From: Rhizodiscina lignyota | Lineage: Eukaryota | Assembly (NCBI GenBank): GCA_010015805.1 | Contig: ML978129.1 | Coordinates: 248,001-312,000 of the forward strand | DNA length: 64,000 nucleotides | Direction of reading: 5' to 3' | Part shown: in pieces, positions 24,015-36,289 of the stretch | How the letters are laid out: every line of letters starts with the position of its first letter | How positions within the stretch are numbered: position 1 is the first letter of the stretch | Translations under genes and position numbers: made by a program | Notes under the pieces: model-generated | Databases searched by the model: none | The model's input: only the letters and a program-made list of their open reading frames with translations | Told to the model about the DNA's origin: nothing

Positions 24015-26225
24015 TCATCCGTCCATATCCGCAAATACGTTGCGAACCAGGAGGCCATCAGCGCTAAGGAGTTCTGCATCCGCCCTAAGGCCAATGCTGT
24101 ATTTCTCTGCCGGAGTCTCCATCTCCTTCAACGTCTTTTGAAAGTCACCACCAAATTGTTGCAGTGCCTCTCTGCAATTTACGCAGAGCAGCAGCCCGCA
24201 ACCTGACGCCTCACTTGACTGAGGGTCCAGTTCTTGGCCAGATGCATCGATCTCTTGCGTGCTACAGCAACGGAAGCTAGGCGGCGAGGGGCAAATGCTG
24301 CACAGATAAAGGTAACAGGAAGGATCGTCGTCCATGATGAGCTGATTGTTGGCTAGAATGATGTCCGATGTTAGCTCAGAAATGTCGTGCTGTGGGCAGT
24401 TGATGATTTGAAGACGAGCCATTGTGCATTGTGTGCACATGCGAGATGGGTGTGCTCCGCGCTCTTCATGGCCGCCACGTATTTCTTCATAGGCGAGTCG
24501 CTGATGCATCTCTTCGACCAGGACTTTGCCGAAGCCATGTCCGAAAATACCAAATGAGGCCTCTTTGCACCAATTGCAGTCACGGAATGGATCCGAAAAC
24601 TGGTTAGTCGTTGTATCACAGTTGAATGTGACAGGGTGGCAAAGAGAAGTTCTGATCCACAGCCTACGCCGACGACCAAATCTCCTCACTGGGCCCCTTT
24701 TGGAGTTTGGTAGAGAGACTGCCGGTTTGGCTTCTGCAGAATCTGGCTTCGAAGCTTCAAGTTTGCTGGGTGCCTCTTCCTCCACGTCCGATTCACTGGA
24801 TGAAACAGCTTCCTTGGTTTCAGCCTTACTTTTACCTTTGCTCTTCCTTGTTCTGCGAACGCCTTCGAAGATGCACGGAATATCCAGCGCGGCGCATGTA
24901 TCGCATGGTGGATCATCCGTCTTTCCCAACGAGCACTTCGACTTGTTCTCTCGGCAGTGACTGCAGCTGACAAATTGGCGGCGAGGAATATAAGGATCCA
25001 CGTTGTAATCTCGTCCAATGTATTTCCGCTGATACTCATAGCCTTCGGCTGGACCTGCAATGCATTGAATGCCGAGTGACGTGCAATGATCGCATTTCGC
25101 CGGCTGCTCTCCGGTGGCATCATCGCGATGCGAACACCTGCGCTTAAACGCTTTGCAAGACTCACAGCTTGCCTTCCTGATTGGGGGTGTAATCAGTTCA
25201 CACTCCTGGCCGTCCTCCACGCAGGAAACGCAAGGCCAGAAATTGCCGTCATCGAGTAGCGGGCACCGTGTGTCGACTGCGCGACAGGTTTTGCATCCAC
25301 GTGCCACCGGATGGCCAAACAAACCACCCTCTTCTTCGCCAAGGGGATCCGTAAGTGGGATGTAGTCAGCGGATTCCTGATTTGCATTTCGTCGGCGCTC
25401 ATTACGAGAAGAGTCCGTGAAAGAGTTATGAGACTCGGGCCAATTGTCTGGGATGCGTGAAGCAAACTCTCTAAGCTCTGCGTTTCCAAGCCCAATGCTG
25501 AAAATCAGCTGCGCGCCGTTCTGTCTTGCCGTATAACTCGACTTGTAAGTGCGGGGGCGTTTTCCCGCTCTGCTGTTAGCGTCGTGCTCTGCACTTGAAG
25601 GCTTCGCACCCGAGTCGCCGAGCCTTTTTCTCTTGCAAGAGGTCTTCCTGTGTTCTTCACTGGGATCATAGTTTCCGCTTTCGTCTTGGTCGACCCAAGT
25701 AGTCGAGATATGCTGGCCGCCTCTGGCAGAACCTCGGAGTCTGTACTGCGGCGACTGCCTTGGGTGTTCAGCGTCCCCGTCACTGCCATTATCGTCAGAT
25801 CTATTAGCGAATCCATTGTCCGTGAATGGAGAGGTTGGTGGTGTCGTGGATCCAGGTCTAAAGCCCAAGCGATCACTGCCATGAACGGCACTATCCACTC
25901 TGGCAAGGTCCAAATTGTAAGGAGGCGTTTTCAGACCGGCGTTTTCACTGAGCAAGTCGTCCTCTCCAGGATCGGCAAAGTTTGAAATCGGTCCATTTTG
26001 AATGGTAGCCGTGACGCCAATGGTATCAAATGGCAGGTTCGATTGTTCGCGACGGGGGTCGGATGCATCTTGTAAGATGTTTGCATGTTGTGCAAAACGA
26101 CCAGGGGTCAATTCTGAAGAGTTGGGGTCGCCAAAGAGAGAGAGCATGCCAGGATGAAGGTCATCATCTTCCTCATCACCCGCTGCAGACATGGAGGAAG
26201 GAAGACTAGTTAGCATGTCTGCCAT
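24015..26225 (-). CDS. Zn(II)2Cys6-like protein with three tandem C6 clusters and a Cys-rich C-terminal domain
   Basis: Probable ATG 26225 (MADMLTS). Three CxxCxxxxxxC...CxxCxxxxxxC units, NLS-like KRKR/KRPR, C-terminal CNWC, MCTQC, CSIC..CC, GCGLLLCVNC. Confidence 0.85.
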   Translation of the reverse strand: MADMLTSLPSSMSAAGDEEDDDLHPGMLSLFGDPNSSELTPGRFAQHANILQDASDPRREQSNLPFDTIGVTATIQNGPISNFADPGEDDLLSENAGLKTPPYNLDLARVDSAVHGSDRLGFRPGSTTPPTSPFTDNGFANRSDDNGSDGDAEHPRQSPQYRLRGSARGGQHISTTWVDQDESGNYDPSEEHRKTSCKRKRLGDSGAKPSSAEHDANSRAGKRPRTYKSSYTARQNGAQLIFSIGLGNAELREFASRIPDNWPESHNSFTDSSRNERRRNANQESADYIPLTDPLGEEEGGLFGHPVARGCKTCRAVDTRCPLLDDGNFWPCVSCVEDGQECELITPPIRKASCESCKAFKRRCSHRDDATGEQPAKCDHCTSLGIQCIAGPAEGYEYQRKYIGRDYNVDPYIPRRQFVSCSHCRENKSKCSLGKTDDPPCDTCAALDIPCIFEGVRRTRKSKGKSKAETKEAVSSSESDVEEEAPSKLEASKPDSAEAKPAVSLPNSKRGPVRRFGRRRRLWIRTSLCHPVTFNCDTTTNQFSDPFRDCNWCKEASFGIFGHGFGKVLVEEMHQRLAYEEIRGGHEERGAHPSRMCTQCTMARLQIINCPQHDISELTSDIILANNQLIMDDDPSCYLYLCSICPSPPSFRCCSTQEIDASGQELDPQSSEASGCGLLLCVNCREALQQFGGDFQKTLKEMETPAEKYSIGLRADAELLSADGLLVRNVFADMDG

Positions 26226-28496
26226 GGTAAACCCGCGGTTGCCAGCGGTGCAGTGCGCACAATGATCAATAAAATGTGCTGGGCGACCAGATATTTGAGA
26301 AAGAGTTACCAATGCAGGAGAGTGGATTGAATAAGTTGGGTTGTGAATGATCAAGAAGGTGTGCGGTGCGTAAGACCTTTGAAATGAGGGACCGCCGAGC
26401 GACACTTGGCAGTTGGAAGTTAGTTGAAGAAGCAGGGGCTTTGGGTAAGCGAGAGCTTGAATGTCGCACGTGATGCAATACGCAGATGTGGTATGCAAGT
26501 CTGATAGAATTGTTAGAGAAAGGGAAGCTGATGAGTATTGCCAGATAACAGGCAAAGAGTATCATGGGGAAAGTGCGAGTGTTTGGGGAGATAATGAAGG
26601 AAAAGACCCAAAACCTCGATGTCGTCCAAAGACAAAGTTGAGGAGCAATTTGAGGTTGTACTGAGATGTGATCGTGGATTACACGTACCGGCAGGGCCAA
26701 TCCCAGGAGTCATGGAAACGATCTAATTGAATTTTAAAGAGGGCTGAAAATCATTTAACGGCCATTTGAGTCAATTGGGCGCGTCTACAGATGAATTTCC
26801 TGACCCGCAAAAGGTAACGCCTTTCTGTCTGAGGCTCTGTTTTCAAGGAGGGATATATCAAAGAGTTCTAGAAACGTGTGTGGGGCGAAGTTGTGACGGC
26901 TGATATGAAAATTTGTGAACTTTGACAATTTGAAGAGCGAGAGTTGTTGTGATATATTGGTGATGCGAAATGAATTCAAGCCGGTGGTTACGGTTATTGT
27001 CGGATAAATATATAAAGATTGACTTCGAATCTGAACTAGCCTAGATTTGCGAGCAGCGCAAGATCACATAGGTTTCACAACGCCGTTAGGCTCTCCGGCA
27101 GCAGTGAAAGCACAACCGGATGATCGCTCCAGTAGACTCCAGGGACTAAGCCATGATTATCATGGCGGATACTTGTTTCGACCTTTGTGATTCCAGGACA
27201 ATGGCGTTCACTGTGGGCGCTCCTTCTAAGCGCAGCTTGAGACACTGAGGACGCTGTACAGATTTTTACCCCATGCGCTCAAGGGCTGCTTCGAAAGTAA
27301 GCACTGGGTAACTTGCATTCTTTGAAAAAGAGACGGAATTGTGAACGTGAAGGAGAGGGTGATGGAAAAATAACAAGTGCAGTTAAATTCTTGTAACGTT
27401 CATCTCTTGAAATGTCCAAGACTTGCAGTTGGTCGGGAAGCGGATTGGAGGCGGCACAAGGAGCGAAGTCGCCAAGACACTAGGATAAGTACCCGAAACG
27501 TAATTAGCGCTAATCAGCGCGACGACACGCCTGCCATCTCCGTCTCGTCGTCTGGTGTACGGAGTACGCGATCCAGGTCAAGGATCACCTCTCCGATTTC
27601 ATTGCAGGACAGAGCAACTTGTGCCTTCACAAGGAAAATGAGACGAGGGCCAGATAACAACGTCTTCTCGGCAGGCGGAGGCGACAGTCTCGCAGAACGC
27701 GACCAACAAATGCCCAGGCGGACGAGTCAGCCCTATGGGCGCGGCTGGCGTCACAAGGCAACCAACCTCTCGACGAATGGCATGGATCAGAAGCAGGTTG
27801 ATGTCATAGTCTCTGGAATATTCCCTATCAAATTCCACCGGTGTCACAATGGCGAAAAGCATATTCCATTATGGATTTCGATGCCCTCGAACTACTGCAA
27901 AAGCGGATGAGTATTGAAGACGATGTGTGATCTTCAATATATGGAGCACGCGAGCATTTCGCGACCCAGAAGACCGTCAGACCCACCGATGGACAACTGT
28001 ACATGAGAGCGTTCCCACATTTTCCTCGCCGTCGCCGAGTGAGACCACCGCTCTGGGCACCAAGACAATCCCAATCGTGGGGAAGGATCGGCGAGCGGGA
28101 GGCGCATCACCCGCTAAACATCGCGATCGTCGAAACGCCCAAAGTACAGTGCTACCCTCTGGCACTGCTCGCTGGTATTGCCCAGACGGCGGTTGAGCCC
28201 TAGCCAAGGACAAATAGTGACAGACTAGGCGTCATGACTGGTCTTCATAAATCCTTCCTTTGCACCCCGCAAAATGGCTCCTTTAATATGTATCCTAATT
28301 ATCAGAAATATTGTGATACCTAAACTGCCCCCCGGCGAAATACGTTGTAGGTAGATTTTCGCCGTATCACATAGTCTGCAGACCTGTACAATAAACATAC
28401 AGGGATATTGTGAGTCTATATATCAAACCTCGCAAGGCTTCGAAGAAAAACTCACTCTAACAAAATGACGCAGAAGCCCAAGTCTTATTGGCCATC

Positions 28497-30924
28497 ATGA
28501 ATGTGAACGATCACATTGACGGTTCCTCTCGCAAGTCAGAGGAGAAGGATCCGGACTATGGACATATCCCTGAACGGCCGCGCAACTTTTCCATTGCATC
28601 AGCTGCGGATCGTATGCGGTACAATGCGAATGCGAGACTTCAGAATCCGCTCGAGGAGTTCAGCGAGGACGACCTTGAGCAAATGGCTCTCGACTTCTGC
28701 AAAGACCATGCCGTCTCCGAAGAGAGTGATATCCGCGCCTTTCGCCTCGGTGCTATCCTCGCCAAAAATCCAGCTCATTATGAGAAGCTAAGGAACCTTG
28801 CTAGTGCCGAAGAAATGGATATCCTCGAGAAGGAGTTTAAGCATCGATGGAGTCAACCTTGGCTGTTGTACCTGGTTATCATTCTCTGCTCCACCTGCGC
28901 TGCCGTGCAAGGAATGGGTAAGTCGATCTTTGGTCGAATTGCTTTTGGCGGGATTGCTAACAGAATACAGACGAGACTGTCGTCAACGGAGCGCAACTAT
29001 TCTACACTGGCCAGCTCGGCATTAACAACGGTGATGAGCGGTCTACTTGGCTTACTGGTTTGGTTAATTCCGCTCCATATCTCTGCTGTGCATTCATCGG
29101 CTGTTGGCTCACGGTGCCGTACAATCATATCTTCGGTCGTCGGGGTACTATCTTTATTACTTGCCTCTTCTCTGCATTGGCTTGCTTCTGGCAGGGTTTC
29201 GTGAACACTTGGTGGCACATGTTCATTGCACGATTTGCTCTCGGCTTGGGAATTGGACCGAAGTCTGCTACCGTACCAATTGTGAGTACTATTACGGCAT
29301 CTGCCCTGATACTATGCTTAGTTATTTTGCTTATATTGACTGTAATGAACTTAGTACGCTGCGGAGTGCTCACCACCCGCAATTCGAGGTGCTCTAGTCA
29401 TGCAATGGCAAATGTGGACTGCGTTTGGAATTATGGTCGGATATGCAGCGTAAGCTCTACTCTCCCGTCTACGTGGTCGTGCTTCATTGTCTTTCTCTAG
29501 CCTCCTTTCATGTCTGGACGGACCGAATACAGATTCAAAAATGAGTGCATTTGTACGAGTACTGACAAACATCCAGAGATCTCGCTTTCTACAATGTTCC
29601 AGACAAGCACAATATCGTCGGTCTGAACTGGCGCTTGATGATGGCCAGTGCGATGTTGCCCGCCGTCATTGTCTGCTGCTTCGTCTTCATGTGAGCTTAA
29701 ATTTCGCTAGCAATTCTTGTGCAAAAGCTCACATACAGCAGGTGTCCTGAGTCTCCTCGTTGGTATATGTCCAAAGGCCGTCATTTCAAGGCTTACGAGT
29801 CCATGTGCCGTCTTCGCTACGACAAAATTCAGGCGGCTCGCGATATCTTCTACATGAATCAGCTTCTCGAAGCCGAAGCTCAAGTTGCGATTGGGCAGAA
29901 TAAGATGTTGGAGCTGGTCCGCGTCCCGCGCAATCGTCGTGCCATGCTCGCTTCCGAGATCGTTATGTTCATGCAGGTGAGTTGCCGATGTGCTCTGCTT
30001 TGGTCCCTTGCTAGTAGACTGACACATGCGACAGCAATTCTGCGGCGTCAATGTCATCGCGTATTACAGCTCCAGTATCTTCGTTGAGTCCGGATTCTCT
30101 GAGCTCTCTGCTCTGGGTGCATCCATGGGTTTCGGCGTTATCAATTTCCTGTTCGCCCTGCCTGCGGTGTACACGATTGATACCTTTGGCCGTCGTAACC
30201 GTAAGCCACACATTACCCGACGCCGGGGACAATTTGGTCACGCTAACGTCCAATAGTGCTGCTAACCACTTTCCCCCTGATGGCTATATGCATGCTCTTC
30301 ACAGGCTTTTCTTTCTGGATTCCTCTAGATACCAATCGCTCGGCTCATGTTGGCTGCATCGCTCTCGGAATATACCTCTTCGGCATGGTCTACTCTCCCG
30401 GTGAAGGCCCGGTACCCTTCACGTACTCGGCGGAGGCGTATCCACTATACGTTCGGTAAGCAATGCTTCGACTAGTTAATCATCCACACAATTTCTGACA
30501 TCCCCCAGTGAGTATGGAATGGGGCTCGCGACGGCAACTACTTGGTTCTTCAACTTCGTTCTTTCAATCACATGGCCATCGCTACTTGCCGCATTCACTC
30601 CGCAGGGCGCATTCAGTTGGTACGCGGGATGGAACATCGTTGGCTTCTTCCTGGTATTGTTCTTCCTGGTCGAGACCAAAGGCAAGACGCTTGAGGAATT
30701 GGACATGGTCTTCTCCGTCCCAAGTAAGCTTCCAGCTCGCGGCGATAGCATTCGCGATTTCTACTAACGATGTCGCAGCACACAAGCACGCCGCATACGG
30801 TGTGCAGCAGCTATTCTATTGGTTCAGGCGATACTTGCTCTTCCAGAGGGGCGCGAAGGCTCCGCAGCTGTACGATGAGACCGAGATGATAGCCGAGGCG
30901 GCAGAAATCGGCCATAAAGCTTAA
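28497..30924 (+). CDS. MFS sugar/polyol (myo-inositol-like) transporter, multi-exon
   Basis: Motifs [92 protein letters not shown]. About eight GT..AG introns. Confidence 0.93.
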
Positions 30925-31421
30925 AGGGCTGCAAATTCATGGCCCGAAAAGAATAATGACAAGGCGCATACGACATTCGCTCATGATCTTGGCTTCGTTG
31001 GATCACCACTATGTACGATATATGACACTAATGAGTCGTGGACGATGTGTCATTAAAGGGAGCTGGAAGCTTATGAACTCTGTATGACTTTAAGATACCA
31101 CCCGGGTCCTTTCGACACCATTCACTGCAAACAGTGCTCAGCAGATGTAGTTGCATAATCTTCATTTGGTATCAATTATCATAGGCCAAAATTTGGCACA
31201 AGGCGATATGCCAGTACAAGACCGTCTTTATACAAGCCCAATGCTCTCAGAGCCAATCTCCAGAACTATGTACGTCCAAAAGTCTTGATCTCAGCCCTCA
31301 AGGCTCGTCTATGCATTGGATACTCATCGGCATTAACCCAGGGCTCCTCAGAATCTTCACAAAATGAACAAACGCCAATTCTCCAATATTGCATTCTCCG
31401 TCATAGCCACCGCCATCATAC

Positions 31422-33076
31422 TCATAGCGCAGCAATAACTCCCAAAACACCCAACAGCCCCGCCATTCCAACACCCTCTGGGACCCTCACCGCCGCACCG
31501 GTGAACTGTGCTGGCCCGCTCTGTGTTGCGAGAGCAGCTGAGCCGGTGGCAGAAAGTGTCGCCGTGCCGTTCAAGATCGGGAAAGGCGTCGCGGCCGACC
31601 CACTGCCTTCTGGTGAGAACGTAAGGGTCTGTGACATCGCCGCGGAACCGCCCGCCGCTGATGGAGCCGATTGCGCAGCTCCTAAGGGTGCTGAACCAGG
31701 CGCAGAGGTCATGTTCGCGCAGGGTGCTGTGCCATTTCCCACTGCTCCGGCAGGAGTGCTAGCGCCGGTAGAAGCGCCCGCAGTTGCGCTTCCAGAGATT
31801 CCAGCGCCGAGGCTGCCCGAATCTTGACCTGGGCCACCTGCTTCACCGGAGAATCCACCTGAGCCGGAGCCAGAGCCGCTTGTGGAGTTGAAACCACCGG
31901 ACGTTGAATTGCCTGGACATGGTAAGTTTGTCGGCTCTTGAACAGTCAAGTACGAGTTTGTAGAGTTGAGAGTTGAAATTGGGGAGCTGAGACCTGACGG
32001 CGAAGAAACTGAGGAAGTAATGAAAGCCGGCGTGGAAGATACCGAGCGTCCTGTCGAAGAAAGAGAGCTGCTTGACTTACTTGCAATGCTTCCACCTGAT
32101 GAAGCGCCTGCCGAGCTTGAAGCGGAAGGAGCAGAAGCAGAGCTTGAGCTCGAGCCAGAGGCAGCTGAATCGCTCGTACACTTGATGCTCTGGTAGCTGC
32201 CAGTCTTGTCCGAGTATTCGTATGACGCACAAGGGTTGTAGTTCTTGATCGTGATCTGCGATACATACATGTTGAACGGGGCGTCGGCCATGTTAGCCAT
32301 GCCGCCGGCCCACTCAACGGTACCTGGATCATTCTTTGGCTGACCAGCGACCCAGTTGCCGATGCGGAGGTTGAGGGGCGTTTGAGGGTAGTTCTTCCCG
32401 CCGACTGCGTCGGCAAAGTTGAGTGTTCGAACTGCCTGGCCATCGATGTACCACACTGTCTTGTCTTGCTGCCAATCCACTGCATAAGTATGCACGGTCG
32501 TCTGCGGAGTAGTAACGGGGTGGAATTGGCCGCGGTCGTAAGTAGTAGTGTTTCCCTTTCCAAAATAATTTGACTGGACTTGAGTCGTCTGGCTTCCAAT
32601 GATTTCCTGCGAGGAGTGTTAGGAATGCCATGACCAGGATATTTCATCATTGCCTACCAAATCAATCTCATCCAAGTCCTGTGACTCCATGACGAATGTG
32701 CTGACGATTCCAGCGCCGGGTGCGGCTTGCATCTTCATCTCAACATAACCAAAGAAAATATGAAAGTTGCTTTGAAGCGTCGGGCCATCATTAATGGTGT
32801 TGATCTGGAAAAGTCCGCCCAATGACGAGGTCTTGAGCTCTCCGCTGGTCATAGTCCAATTGTCTGGAACTCCTTTGGTCAAGTCGATGGTGTACTCTGC
32901 TTGATTGAGTCCAACAGAGTTTAGACATGTTTCTGTACAGAATAAGCATCCTTACACCTCAGGCGAACCTAGTGCAACCTACTGTCCATGGGATTGCAGG
33001 CCGTTGAAGTTTGCGCGGTACATAGTGGAAGGGCAATAGCCGCAATGGCGGCCAAACTGGACACAACGCTATGCAT
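31422..33076 (-). CDS. crh1: Crh1/Crf1-type GH16 chitin transglycosylase, GPI-anchored cell-wall protein
   Basis: Three exons. Signal peptide, TACNP..C, FFGYVE.KMQAAPGAGIVS, catalytic DLDEIDLE across an intron, QSNYFGKG, HTYAVDW, YPQTP, GTVEWAGG; Ser/Gly-rich stalk; hydrophobic GPI signal. Confidence 0.92.
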
Positions 33077-34494
33077 GGCGACTTGATCGATGCTGTTGTT
33101 GAAAATTCGAGGAAATGTAAAAGTTCTAGGTTTTCCCAGCCCGTCTAAATTTTGTAGACCGCTCCGCGGCACGTACGTGGAGATGAAATGGCGTCACACA
33201 AAGAAGGAAAGCTAATGAGCGCACACAATGAGTGGCAAGAGGAAGCGAATCAACGCGACAATAGCACCGTCAAGGAGTGTTTGAATAAAGAAAAGATGAC
33301 GCTGGAATGGTGAAAGAAAGTGGGTGGCAGGAGTTTCGGTGAAGGAGGAGCTCTCCTTCAGGTATACTCGGTGTGGCGCAGGTCATAATTAGACGTACCC
33401 ACCGTCCCGTTCGAGAGCCAGGAGGCATGAAACAAAGAAGCAAGCGTGGTCCTTTGAAACTGGCGGTTTGCGCCGGTCCTGGAGTCACATCGCGGACATG
33501 ATCGGCTGGAATGAGGCAATGTGAGGATAAACGCCAGGATGCACCTCGTTCCGCAGGCGAAATGGAGCTCTCAAGCGCGACAAAGCGAGGGTCAGGAGAA
33601 CGGATATCACCCTTCATGGCAGACGTTTCGACGCAGACTCCTGTTCGATTGGAGACTGGAGGTTGAAGGAGCGAAGTGGGTCGGGTGTCGCAGGTGTCGG
33701 GTGTGAGGAAACACTGCAGCCACTCACGCGCCGCGCCAGCGCTCGAGCCGCACAGGAGACGGCCTTGGCGCCACGAGCGCGGCGCCCTGAGAGGCCGCAT
33801 CTCCCTGGCCCGCGAAACACTGCGAAAACGAAGCAAGAGTCCTTTGATATCGTCGCACTGCCTTCTGCCTCCAACCTTGGAGCATGACGGTGACGTAGCG
33901 GCCGCGTCGCTCTCTCATTCAACCCTACAATGCCGCCCTCTCGCTAATCGCAATGGATCGCGACGCTCGCAGTTCCCATTGGTAGTTCTGGAACAAAGTG
34001 ACATGTCGACTCGCTGTGCAAGGTGTCGCGAGTGGTGACCAAGTATATCGAGGCCTTTCGAATATGTCCTACCTCTGATCAAGAGATCCGATGCTGGGTA
34101 GTGGAAAGCATGAAGATTAAAAGCTCATGTTCAATAATTGCCAGGATCGAACCCAGTGCGTCAAATTTCCCAAGTCACGCTGTTCAAACATGGAACTTCA
34201 TGAAAGCCAGTCAACGTTCACTCGTTCACGGGATCCACTCATTCGCAATTAACCTAGGCATAAAACATCTCTAAATATGTGAAGCTCGAACTTCTACTGC
34301 GATATCCCAGCGAGTCAGTATCATTGTATCTCTCCAGATCCATTCTGCAGCTGTAGCTGTATTTGAAGAGAACTTACAGGGAGCTTTACCGACACAGTCT
34401 TTCATTACGAGTGATAAACCACCTACTCTCTGAACTGTGGTACTTTCTTCAGCCATCCGCTTCTGAAGCGCTTCAGTGCCATCACAGTCGATGC

Positions 34495-35067
34495 CTATTT
34501 GATGTATACGTCTCCTTTCAACCCATCGCCAGCTTCCGTGGCCATCAAGTCTCGCGTTGGAACGCCCTGCGCATGGTCCACTGCGAAGCGACCTTGTGCA
34601 TCCAAGGCCTTTGTCCACTGTTTAGCAGTCTCGCTAATCTCATCAAAGTCCTGCAACACGGTGCTCCTTAGGGAACCTTGGTGTGCAGGTAACTCAAACA
34701 AGGACGCCAAAATACCCTCGACCCAGAGCTCGGTCTCGCCCGACACATATCTTCCAACCTTGCTCTCAAGGTACCACTTCACGGCATCTACATTGTCGAC
34801 TGTGGCGACGATGAAGCGTGTGAGCATGTGGCCCCAGTCCTGGATGCGTAGCGGGAATGCTTTAGTTGCCTCGACCTTCCAATGGAGTTCTCCAAGAGCA
34901 TCTCGATGCTGTCGCGGCCAGTAGCAATTTACTTCATAGCTGAGAGGGGGACCAGGAAAGTGTTTGGTGCTTGGCCCCATGAGGACGCCCCAGACATACT
35001 CTTCGTTGTCGATCCCGGGGCCTTCAAAGAGCGCGACGTAGAGGCAGGTATGGCCGACGGTGGACAT
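34495..35067 (-). CDS. Hypothetical protein of a fungal 'LYVALY...HW...GP...VPTWD' family (DUF6914-like), single domain
   Basis: Probable ATG 35067 (MSTVGHTCLYVALF); the open frame extends to 35304. Motifs LYVALF..YVWGVLMGP, LTRFIVATVD, LWVEGIL, GRFA, VPTRDL. Confidence 0.7.
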   Translation of the reverse strand: MSTVGHTCLYVALFEGPGIDNEEYVWGVLMGPSTKHFPGPPLSYEVNCYWPRQHRDALGELHWKVEATKAFPLRIQDWGHMLTRFIVATVDNVDAVKWYLESKVGRYVSGETELWVEGILASLFELPAHQGSLRSTVLQDFDEISETAKQWTKALDAQGRFAVDHAQGVPTRDLMATEAGDGLKGDVYIK

Positions 35068-36289
35068 GGTTCCAAATTGTCGTAGATGTGAAGCTTGCCT
35101 CGCTTTCCAACGGCGAGACGGGGATGGTTGGTTTTCGATGACTCGATGACTCGGTGAGCGCTGGTGTTTTATTGAATCCAATATTTGCAAGAAAACATCT
35201 TCCACAGAGCTGCAGGGCTCAGCTGATAAGTAGCCAGGTGTTGCCATAGTGTTGTTTGTCTCCCCGCGGATTCCAAACACGCTCCGAGTTTTTGGAGTCC
35301 GCATGACAGTTCTGCATAGTACCTTATCGGAAAATGCTTAGTTTTGCACAAACAGGTTGCACTTGTCACTGTGAAGCAGCCTGACCATCTGACAGATATT
35401 GGCAACCCGAGAACGTGGCAAACCCTGAAAGGCATTTAAACAAAGGATGCCCGAGCCGCACAGTCTCAATAATACCAATTGAGGCGGACTCGGCAACACA
35501 GATCTAAACAATGAACTGCCATTTCATTTGTCTTTGACCTGCCCACAAAGCCTCCCCGGACAAATCACACTGGGCGTTACTCGTTGGATATGCGCCTACC
35601 GGGGATCATGACAGGCTGAGAGCCCATACGGATAAGTTCAACATCACTTGCCCTGACTGTGAGAGATGGGTTAAGAGCTCCCAACAATGGCCTATGGGTC
35701 TGGTCACTCGGGCTGGCATGCACAGCGAATTTTTAATTGCGTCGTTCCACTCCTCACATCAAAGGAAAACAGAGAGCGCTTCGTAAAGGCCCAACCATTT
35801 TCGAGGCGGGTGAGGTCTCCCTGAGACACTTCCGGAGGAGGAAGGTACGCCAGTTGTATCTCAGGCATTTGGCGAGAGCTGCAAATGGTTTCCATTGCCA
35901 TCTACGGAATGCCTGAATGCAATATGCTCCTGATAAGTGAAGGCGCACCATGGATAGACGCCCTACCTGAAAGAGCGTTGTTGGCGGCTCTAATGGGCGG
36001 CTAGTCATGCGTGCCTCTCCTGGTCTATCAGTCACCATATGCCTCAATCGCACCTGCCTTCGAAATTCTGCCCGCCCTACGGATTGGCCCTTCCTTTATT
36101 TAAATGGAATATGTGGTCTGCCTGCGTATTGTTTTTCGGTGTTCTTGGAATAACGATCTCATTAACAACATCTTCATTAATTCACAATTATCGTATATTT
36201 GCTCTACTTTACTCCAACTGTCGTTACTTTCAAGAATCAGGCACCGCGCATTCTAACCAGACAACAATATTTGCTCACCAGGTCTAGAT

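Noticed and set aside
26226..26555. 110-codon N-terminal extension of the Zn-cluster ORF in the ORF track
   Set aside because: It begins at a non-ATG codon and looks like pyrimidine-rich 5'UTR; ATG 26225 has a good context.
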